Virus record (IMG/VR): IMGVR_UViG_3300027813_000031
Location: 1-37,358 of that record
Reading direction: 5' to 3' (one strand)
DNA: 37,358 nucleotides
Origin: a virus
Lineage: Duplodnaviria > Caudoviricetes
The notes under the pieces are model-generated. The model had not been told where the DNA came from, ran no database searches, and saw only the letters and a program-made list of their open reading frames with translations. Both the position numbers and the translations under genes were made by a program. Shown one piece after another: positions 8,265 to 15,392 of the stretch. Within the stretch, counting starts at the first letter, position 1, and every line of letters begins with the position of its first letter.

Positions 8265-9170
8265 ATGAGAACTTTAGGAATAATACAAGTATTTGTTTTG
8301 CTGTCAATGGCAACACAACTTTTTGCGGAAGAAGGGCATAACCATGTTCATATAGACCAGACGGGTGATAACTTAGTAATGGATATTTTGCAAAGCGGTA
8401 AAGACCAACACATAGACTTAGACTTAGGGTTACAATATGGTAACGTTGACAATCTTACTATGTGGATCGGGCAACTTGGACAAGACAACGAAGTAGAATT
8501 TTCTGTATCAGGAGATGGTAATACAGTTAAAATAAAACAAGAAGGCAGAAACAACACAGCAGGTTTTACCAGCACATGGGGTAAAGTAAATTGTAACAAT
8601 GCAACATTTTGTGGAGACGTTGATGGTGTAGATAATGAAATTTATGTAGACCAATATTGTAGTTTAGGTTCTGGTTGTGCGGCTACAGAAACAGGATTCC
8701 ATGTTTGGGGAGACACTAACGAAATACGTTGGGGTCAAGGAGCACATTTAAGTAGTGTAACAGATACTACATTTTCACACTCTACAGCAAACAAAGGCGG
8801 ACATAAAGCAATAATAGACTTACACGGAGACAGAAATAAAGTTGTTGGCTATCAGACTAATGGTTGGGGAACTACAACTTCCGATGATGGACATACAGCA
8901 GATGTTTGGCTATATTCAGATGATAATACAGTTTGGTCTCAGCAAAAACATAATGCAGGAAAAACTTTAACTATAAAAACATACGTGGACAACAATACGA
9001 TAAATGTTGCACAACAAGGCGGCGGCGCCCATACTGCCACGATACTATTGTATGGAACTCAGCCTACAACATTGAACCTCACACAAATAAATGATATCAC
9101 AAAGTCATACAGCATTAATCAAAATTGCGTAACTTCCGGCGGTTGTAATATAAACGTAACCCAACAGTAA
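8265..9170 (+). CDS. Second secreted curlin-repeat protein
   Basis: Signal peptide ending LFA. Repeats NHVHIDQTGDN, NTVKIKQEGRNN, NEIYVDQ, NKVVGYQTNG, NTINVAQQGG. Confidence 0.75.
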   Translation: MRTLGIIQVFVLLSMATQLFAEEGHNHVHIDQTGDNLVMDILQSGKDQHIDLDLGLQYGNVDNLTMWIGQLGQDNEVEFSVSGDGNTVKIKQEGRNNTAGFTSTWGKVNCNNATFCGDVDGVDNEIYVDQYCSLGSGCAATETGFHVWGDTNEIRWGQGAHLSSVTDTTFSHSTANKGGHKAIIDLHGDRNKVVGYQTNGWGTTTSDDGHTADVWLYSDDNTVWSQQKHNAGKTLTIKTYVDNNTINVAQQGGGAHTATILLYGTQPTTLNLTQINDITKSYSINQNCVTSGGCNINVTQQ

Positions 9171-9179
9171 CCAAAAAGG

Positions 9180-9208
9180 TTGACATTAGACCGTTAATCA
9201 ACTATAAT
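9180..9208 (+). promoter_or_regulatory. Perfect sigma70 consensus promoter
   Basis: TTGACA (9180-9185), 17-bp spacer, TATAAT (9203-9208). Confidence 0.85.
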
Positions 9209-9216
9209 TACTAGTT

Positions 9217-9378
9217 ATGAAACACATGATTAAGTGGTTAAAGATTACAGCAGGTATAAACATATACTTGTCTGTGATTATGACATTAGTGTTAATTGCC
9301 TTAATTGCAGATATCGTGTTGGATACATATTGGCATAGTAATGCTTATATAGAACAATTTAAAAGTATTGATGACTAA
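9217..9378 (+). CDS. Small single-TM protein, 53 aa (not in ORF track)
   Basis: MKHMIKWLKITAGINIYLSVIMTLVLIALIADIVLDTYWHSNAYIEQFKSIDD. Starts 8 nt after the -10 and overlaps the next start. Confidence 0.65.
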   Translation: MKHMIKWLKITAGINIYLSVIMTLVLIALIADIVLDTYWHSNAYIEQFKSIDD

Positions 9379-9682
9379 TTGGTTAAACTCGTATAAAGTT
9401 TATTCACTGTCAGTAATTTGCACACATGTTCTGATATTTACTTTCTTTTTTCCTTACTTCATGCTTCACATACTTGCTTTAATTTTTATGTCGACTTTCC
9501 TGTGGTTTTGGTGTAAATTACAATATGAAATAGAAACTATGGCTAGAATGGATTTACTACATATGATAAAAGAAACTAATAATAACCACACAAAAGACCT
9601 ACTTAGGCAAGAGCTATATACACTTAACAAACGCAGTTTGTGGGGTGATGAAATCAATGAAGCCGCCAATTATGGTTTCTAA
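9371..9682 (+). CDS. Small membrane protein (2 TM)
   Basis: Long hydrophobic N-terminal half. ATG 9371 overlaps the end of the previous ORF. Confidence 0.65.
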   Translation: MTNWLNSYKVYSLSVICTHVLIFTFFFPYFMLHILALIFMSTFLWFWCKLQYEIETMARMDLLHMIKETNNNHTKDLLRQELYTLNKRSLWGDEINEAANYGF

Positions 9683-9718
9683 ATGTTACAAATCGTAACA
9701 TAATTACAACACTTTTCC

Positions 9719-9726
9719 GATAAATA
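9719..9726 (+). promoter_or_regulatory. Late-type promoter GATAAATA
   Basis: GATAAATA-taact-G upstream of the lipoprotein gene. Confidence 0.65.
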
Positions 9727-9775
9727 TAACTGTACTTTGCCAGATGGGCAAGTACCTTATATATAAGGAGATGAA

Positions 9776-10057
9776 ATGAAAAATTTACTTTCAGTCTTTG
9801 GTTTAATCGTATGTTTTGGAATCACAAGTTGTGCCTCAGTTGGAGGGGCTTGGAATGCCGGAACAGAGATTGTTACAGGAACAGTTGACTCTGTTGTCGG
9901 CGGAGCCGCAACATTGGCAGTTGCTATTACTGATGATGCAAGAAACATTGCAGACGTAACTATTGAAACAGCACAAGGTGTTGTTAAAACAGTTGCAGAA
10001 AATGTAGACAAGCAAACTGATGAACTACAGAAGAAAGACACGTCTGAGGGAAAGTAA
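9776..10057 (+). CDS. Small lipoprotein (amphipathic helical repeats); probable -1 frameshift extension to 10179
   Basis: SD AAGGAG. Lipobox ITSC. Ends in G GGA AAG TAA. Confidence 0.8.
   Translation: MKNLLSVFGLIVCFGITSCASVGGAWNAGTEIVTGTVDSVVGGAATLAVAITDDARNIADVTIETAQGVVKTVAENVDKQTDELQKKDTSEGK
10048..10054 (+). other. Slippery heptamer G GGA AAG (-1 programmed ribosomal frameshift candidate)
   Basis: Same heptamer and phase as the lambda G/T site. The -1 frame is open from 10054 to TAG at 10177-10179. Confidence 0.6.
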
Positions 10058-10185
10058 CAAGTTTTTCGTTTTTCAAAAAGAAGAACGAAGAACTAACTGC
10101 AAAAGAACTAATAGCACTTTTTAAAGAGAACCAAAAAAAATTAGAAGTGTATTGTGCAGAACACCCACAGGAATGTTAGAACATT

Positions 10186-10218
10186 AAAAAAGAGGCACAC
10201 TTCGGTGTGCTTTTTTTT
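10186..10218 (+). terminator. Intrinsic terminator with cUUCGg tetraloop
   Basis: GCACAC-TTCG-GTGTGC-T8. Confidence 0.9.
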
Positions 10219-10281
10219 GACTTAAAAATGAGACCACTCTCATTTTTTTGATTTATAACAACATGTTGCGGTTATAAATCT

Positions 10282-10289
10282 GATAAATA
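10282..10289 (+). promoter_or_regulatory. Late-type promoter GATAAATA
   Basis: GATAAATA-atagc-A upstream of 10390. Confidence 0.65.
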
Positions 10290-10389
10290 ATAGCACATTA
10301 GACAGGGTCATTTGCTTAGATATTAAGCAAGGACACTACAGTACATAACACACCCACTTAACAAACAAACCAGACCCACAGGAGTAATA

Positions 10390-11751
10390 ATGAAGATAAG
10401 AATATTGTCTGCGATAGCCATGATTAGTTCGTTCGGACTTTTCACGTTACCGGCTCAGGCGGACCAAACTGGTACATGTACTGCTGGTACACAGTATTGT
10501 GAGGAGTCAACTACAACGACCAACAATACTACAACGACAACTGGTACGAATACGAATAATAATACGAATACCAATACGTCGACAAATACCAATAACAATA
10601 CCAATGCGAACACCAATAATAATACTTCGACGAATACGAATACGTCGACGAACACAAACACCAACAATAACACGAATGCGAACACAAACACCAACACCAA
10701 CAATAACACGAATGCCAATACGAATACCAATAATAATACTAGTACCAATACTTCGACTAATACCAATGCGAATACGAATACTAATAATAATACTTCGACG
10801 GCTTCGAATACGAACAATAACACGAACTCGAATACGAATAATAATACTTCGACGAATACTAATACGAACAATAATACGAATAATAATACTTCGACTTCGA
10901 CGAATACGAATAATAACACCAACAATAATACGAACAATACCACGAGTAACAATACTAACACCAACAACAGTAATGTGAATAGTACTTCGAATAATACAAA
11001 TACTAACAACTCGAATATTGACCAGAATGTTAATTCAAATTCAACTGCTACTAATACCAATAACAATAACAACAATACGACCTCTAATAATACGAACGTC
11101 AACAAGAATGAAAGTACTTCTAAAAGTGAAAGTGATGTGAACACTAATAATAAAAGTGAAAGTAACAACACTAATAATAACAATAACAAGAACGAAAACA
11201 TTAACAAAACTGACCAAACTATTAAACAAGAGATTACAACTAAGGCTCCTCCGGCTAGTGCGATTGCACCAAGCATAGGATCAAGTTATTCTCAAGACTT
11301 ATGTACAACAGGTATATCAGGTGCTTTCCAAGGACAAGTATTTGGTATTTCAGGTGGTAAGTCAGTAAGAGATATGAACTGTGAAAGAATGAAACTTAGT
11401 AAAACAATTTATGATATGGGTATGAAAGTTGCGGCTGTTAGTTTAATGTGTCAAGATGCTAGAGTTTTCAAAGCAATGGAAATGGCTGGAACACCTTGTC
11501 CTTATATGGGAGCAATTGGTGATGCGGCTTCTAAACAATGGGAAGATAATTCTACACAAAGAGCAGACTACAAAAAAGGCTGGTTTACGAAGAAAGATAA
11601 AAATTTAAAATCTTCAGCACCAATCGACGGTCAAGTAATGAGGTCAGGCGATGAGTATGACGCATTTATGAAACAATGTAGAAAGAAAAAAGGTAAAGGC
11701 AAAAAGAAAACAAAGAGCCAATGTGAGAGTGAATGGGAATCAAATCTTTAA
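10390..11751 (+). CDS. Secreted protein with long Asn/Thr low-complexity tract and Cys-containing C-terminal domain
   Basis: SD AGGAG. Sec signal ending AQA. About 240 aa dominated by N/T/S, then a globular domain (APPASAIAPS..DLC..CER..LMCQD..GTPCP) and a basic tail. Confidence 0.85.
   Translation: MKIRILSAIAMISSFGLFTLPAQADQTGTCTAGTQYCEESTTTTNNTTTTTGTNTNNNTNTNTSTNTNNNTNANTNNNTSTNTNTSTNTNTNNNTNANTNTNTNNNTNANTNTNNNTSTNTSTNTNANTNTNNNTSTASNTNNNTNSNTNNNTSTNTNTNNNTNNNTSTSTNTNNNTNNNTNNTTSNNTNTNNSNVNSTSNNTNTNNSNIDQNVNSNSTATNTNNNNNNTTSNNTNVNKNESTSKSESDVNTNNKSESNNTNNNNNKNENINKTDQTIKQEITTKAPPASAIAPSIGSSYSQDLCTTGISGAFQGQVFGISGGKSVRDMNCERMKLSKTIYDMGMKVAAVSLMCQDARVFKAMEMAGTPCPYMGAIGDAASKQWEDNSTQRADYKKGWFTKKDKNLKSSAPIDGQVMRSGDEYDAFMKQCRKKKGKGKKKTKSQCESEWESNL
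10504..11220 (+). repeat. Imperfect coding tandem repeat (NTNTNNNT / STNT / NANT)
   Basis: Recurring AATACGAAT, AATACTTCGACG and AACACCAAC units. Confidence 0.9.
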
Positions 11752-14700
11752 TAGCAGGACTACTACTTTGCTTAGTACCAACGTTGGTAGAGGCTAACAG
11801 TTACTCTACCCCTGGAAATTATCCTCTAAACAATCTGCTTACACCATATGAGAATGGTAATGCAGACGGTTCTATACTATGTCAAGGTGCCGCAGATGAA
11901 ACAGGTTGTAATGCCGCATTTGCTATTGGCTTTAACTTTGAATGGTATGGAGAAACGTTTACCCATGGATTAATGAGTACTAATGGTTGTTTAAAACTAC
12001 TGAAGTCGAGTGCATTTAGCAGTAGTGATTACTGTAGTTATGATATACAACATTTAAGTTCTTCAGTTGGGATGAATGATACACTATTTCCTTTCTGGAG
12101 CGATTTAGACTTAGGCACAATATACGATACCCAAGCACCAAGCCCTAGTACGATGCTGTTTAACAACTCAGGCTCCTTCGCTACATTTGGTTGGTACTAC
12201 ATGCGTGAGTATGGCGTAACAGCAGATACAGACCAGTTTGATCCACAATATCCAAACGCACATAATACTTTTGAAGTAGTACTTTTAAATCAAAATTGTG
12301 CTGATTGTCCTGGTGATGAAACAGATACAAATGATGACTATGCTTACTTATATGGTAATTTAGAAATAAATCATTCCAATGTTTTAGTTGGTGAAAAGAA
12401 AAGCAGTACCCAACTTAACGAAGCATACTTTTTTAGTGATAACAGTTATTGTGATACTTGTATAGATCCAAACACAGGACTGCAAGGACGTTACTTGTTT
12501 ATATGGGACGATTATGACAACGGAACATTAGAAGGCGGCGCCATGTATGCAGACGGTAATGGAACAGAACCGGCAGAATGTGCCAGCAATGCTCTTTACA
12601 GCACAGCCTGTAGTTTATATAGTATAACTTACTTACAGCAACAATGTGCCGTAGATCCTACATACAGTACAGATTGTAATGGATATTTTTCAGCCTTAGA
12701 CAAAAAATTTGAAGAAGAACAAGAGTGTTATAACGATCCAAACTTACCAGGCTGTGCTGGATTAGGTATTTTTGATGCCGTCTCTCAATATGATTATGCC
12801 ACAGGAAACATGGGTCCTTATTATAGTCCAAACGATTTTGGAGAAATGGACGGTTATGATCCTAACACAGGATTAGTAACACAAAGCGATGGTTCACAAA
12901 TTAGTATCCAAGGTGATTACTATTCAGACGGATACGATCCTAACGCGGATTACGACAGCATTAATTCAAATACTGGCGATGACTTTTATATGAATCAAGA
13001 CGGTGTGTATGTTCCTAATCAATATGACCCAATGGAAGATGATGATATACAGTACGAATATTTAAATGGTGAACAACAAATGTTAGTTGAGCAAGGTTTA
13101 AGTCCGCAAGAAGCAGTACTAATCACAATGGGTACGCAAGACATAATAGCACTAGGACATGATCCTAGCATACAATTTCAAGGCAACAATCCAGGCGATT
13201 TAGTTATGGATACTATTGGATTAGAAAATTATGATTTAGAACTACATGACGAAACTATGTTAAAACAAGCAGAAGAAAATGGATTTGCAAATGGGTTTAC
13301 AACAAGTGATATTTGGGCAACAGAAGAATACATGCTACAAGAAGAACTGTATGACCAACAGTTTGAAGAACAGTATGGCGATGACGCATATGGCTGGTCA
13401 TCAAAAGATTGGTACGATTATGATGTAAAAGAATTTGGACAAGACCAAGTAGATGAGTGGTATGGCAAAGATGTAGTATTTGATGAGCGTGGTAATTTTG
13501 AATGGGAGTCTTATAATTATGCATTAGATGACGAGTACATGATGGAAATATATTACGAAGACGATATGGAATTTGATTTAGCATACGAACAATTCCTGAG
13601 CGATGAAATAGACTTACAAAAAGAATGTCCAACATGTGATATAGAAGCATTTTTTGATTTATCAGATGATGAACTAATAGCATTTGAGAACGAAAGAATG
13701 TATGAAGAAGAGGCTTACTTTGAATTAGGCCCAGAAGCAGACATAGAACGTTTTATACAAGAAGAAGGACTTGAAGATTTACTTAGTGAAGATGATTTAG
13801 AACAATTTAAAAATGAAGCATACGCAGAGATAGACGAAGATTATGAACAAGGTCCTATGATGGACGAACACCACGAAGAAGACGGTCCCACTCATATTGC
13901 AGATGCCAGTACCCCACAGTCAAATGTTCAACGAGAACAAAAACAAGAAAAAGCAGACAAACAGTTTGTAGGTAATGTAGGATCAGGTGTTATGAGTTTA
14001 AGTGTTGCAGAGTTTAATATTGACTTTGGTAACAGTAATAACTTTGATGATGGTGGAACACAACAACAATTAGAAACAATTATTGCAGGCATTATCGACG
14101 ATGGTTCGGGTAGTGTTGATGACGGAAGTGGAAGTATTGACGATGGCAGTTCAAGTGGCAATGACGGTAGTGGAAGTTTTGCACAAGGCAATGACGGAAG
14201 TAGCAATAGTTACAGCACCGGAAGTCAAGGTAACATGGGTATGCTAACACAAGAAAGCTCAACAGGTGATACGTTCTTGCAAGAACAAGCAGAACAACGT
14301 ATGGGTCAACAAAGTTTTGATGCTACAGCAAGTGTAACTGATACAGTTGACACAGGTGCATTTGAAGTTGCACAGAGCTCAGTACAAGCATTCGAACAAC
14401 AACAAGAAGATACTTTACAGTTTGTAGACAGTTTTGATGACGGAACAAGCGGTGGAGTTAGTGGAGCAGATATTCAGTTCGAAGATGAACTAACCACAGC
14501 ATTAAGTAGTGGCACAGGCTTAACAGAATTCCTAAGCCAGGCACCAGCAGATTACAGCAGGTTTGAAGTTGAAGCACCTACGTTCCAAGAGCAAAGACAA
14601 TCAGACGCAGTAGAAAGTTTAGCAGATACAATGGGAGCAACAGTTGCCGCGGCAAACTTAGAAAAAGAATTAGCATCGATACAAGCAGGTAATACTGACG

Positions 14701-14945
14701 ATGCACAATATGGCGACCAAACGATTGCAGTTGCTTACATAGGATATACACCAGGCTTTAGTGCTTACACATCACAAATACAACTAGCAGACCAACAAGC
14801 ATGGTACGGCTCATCACAAGTATATCCAGGACAAAAAGTTGTAGACAACAAAGCGAGTTTTTACATGATGGCTGGTAACACTCAAGTTAAATTAAAAAAA
14901 ATGATATACAGCCAATATAAAACATTACAGGAACAGGAGAAATAA
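11733..14945 (+). CDS. Large secreted acidic protein with NIDO-like N-terminal domain and Cys-rich repeats
   Basis: Signal ending VEA. IGFNFEWYG...STNG...LFPFWSDLD...NTFEVVL resembles a nidogen NIDO domain. C..(N/D)..YST.C..Y repeats, very D/E-rich middle, DDGSGS repeats. Confidence 0.7.
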   Translation: MGIKSLIAGLLLCLVPTLVEANSYSTPGNYPLNNLLTPYENGNADGSILCQGAADETGCNAAFAIGFNFEWYGETFTHGLMSTNGCLKLLKSSAFSSSDYCSYDIQHLSSSVGMNDTLFPFWSDLDLGTIYDTQAPSPSTMLFNNSGSFATFGWYYMREYGVTADTDQFDPQYPNAHNTFEVVLLNQNCADCPGDETDTNDDYAYLYGNLEINHSNVLVGEKKSSTQLNEAYFFSDNSYCDTCIDPNTGLQGRYLFIWDDYDNGTLEGGAMYADGNGTEPAECASNALYSTACSLYSITYLQQQCAVDPTYSTDCNGYFSALDKKFEEEQECYNDPNLPGCAGLGIFDAVSQYDYATGNMGPYYSPNDFGEMDGYDPNTGLVTQSDGSQISIQGDYYSDGYDPNADYDSINSNTGDDFYMNQDGVYVPNQYDPMEDDDIQYEYLNGEQQMLVEQGLSPQEAVLITMGTQDIIALGHDPSIQFQGNNPGDLVMDTIGLENYDLELHDETMLKQAEENGFANGFTTSDIWATEEYMLQEELYDQQFEEQYGDDAYGWSSKDWYDYDVKEFGQDQVDEWYGKDVVFDERGNFEWESYNYALDDEYMMEIYYEDDMEFDLAYEQFLSDEIDLQKECPTCDIEAFFDLSDDELIAFENERMYEEEAYFELGPEADIERFIQEEGLEDLLSEDDLEQFKNEAYAEIDEDYEQGPMMDEHHEEDGPTHIADASTPQSNVQREQKQEKADKQFVGNVGSGVMSLSVAEFNIDFGNSNNFDDGGTQQQLETIIAGIIDDGSGSVDDGSGSIDDGSSSGNDGSGSFAQGNDGSSNSYSTGSQGNMGMLTQESSTGDTFLQEQAEQRMGQQSFDATASVTDTVDTGAFEVAQSSVQAFEQQQEDTLQFVDSFDDGTSGGVSGADIQFEDELTTALSSGTGLTEFLSQAPADYSRFEVEAPTFQEQRQSDAVESLADTMGATVAAANLEKELASIQAGNTDDAQYGDQTIAVAYIGYTPGFSAYTSQIQLADQQAWYGSSQVYPGQKVVDNKASFYMMAGNTQVKLKKMIYSQYKTLQEQEK

Positions 14946-14946
14946 A

Positions 14947-15378
14947 ATGGCAGAGATAGAATATAAAGGTATAAAGTTAGGAGGTTCTAAACTCGTAATT
15001 ATAATTCCTTTACTAGGTACTTTAATTGGTGGACTATGGGGAGGCTTTGAACTCTACAACAGACTGCTTATTGCAGAAAAGAAACTTTCTACTTTAAACC
15101 CAGCACAAATAGAAATGAAAATGGAAGAGTTGACTAGGATTACAGACATAATCAGAGAAGACCTTAAAGACGAAATTGACATGGCGTTGGATTTAGCAAG
15201 AGAGGTAGACCAGACTTCAGCATCGACTCAAAGAGAAGTTAGAAATGATGTTTATGAGATGGAAAAAGAAATGCAAAGTCGCTTCAGAGAAATGGATGCA
15301 GACATTAGAACTACTAAAAAAGAACTAGAAGAAAAAATTACAACTATACTAGAAAATCCACTTAACGATACTGAATAA
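14947..15378 (+). CDS. Membrane-anchored coiled-coil protein
   Basis: TM LVIIIPLLGTLIGGLWGGF followed by a charged heptad-like region. SD AGGAG. Confidence 0.75.
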   Translation: MAEIEYKGIKLGGSKLVIIIPLLGTLIGGLWGGFELYNRLLIAEKKLSTLNPAQIEMKMEELTRITDIIREDLKDEIDMALDLAREVDQTSASTQREVRNDVYEMEKEMQSRFREMDADIRTTKKELEEKITTILENPLNDTE

Positions 15379-15392
15379 CATTAAATACTAGT

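Noticed and set aside
10504-11220. Repeat tract as a CRISPR array
   Set aside because: In-frame coding low-complexity repeat without constant repeats or unique spacers; no cas genes.
10455-11276. 273-aa hydrophobic minus-strand ORF and the alternative-frame ORF 10499..10978
   Set aside because: Shadows of the Asn/Thr repeat; no SD or promoter.
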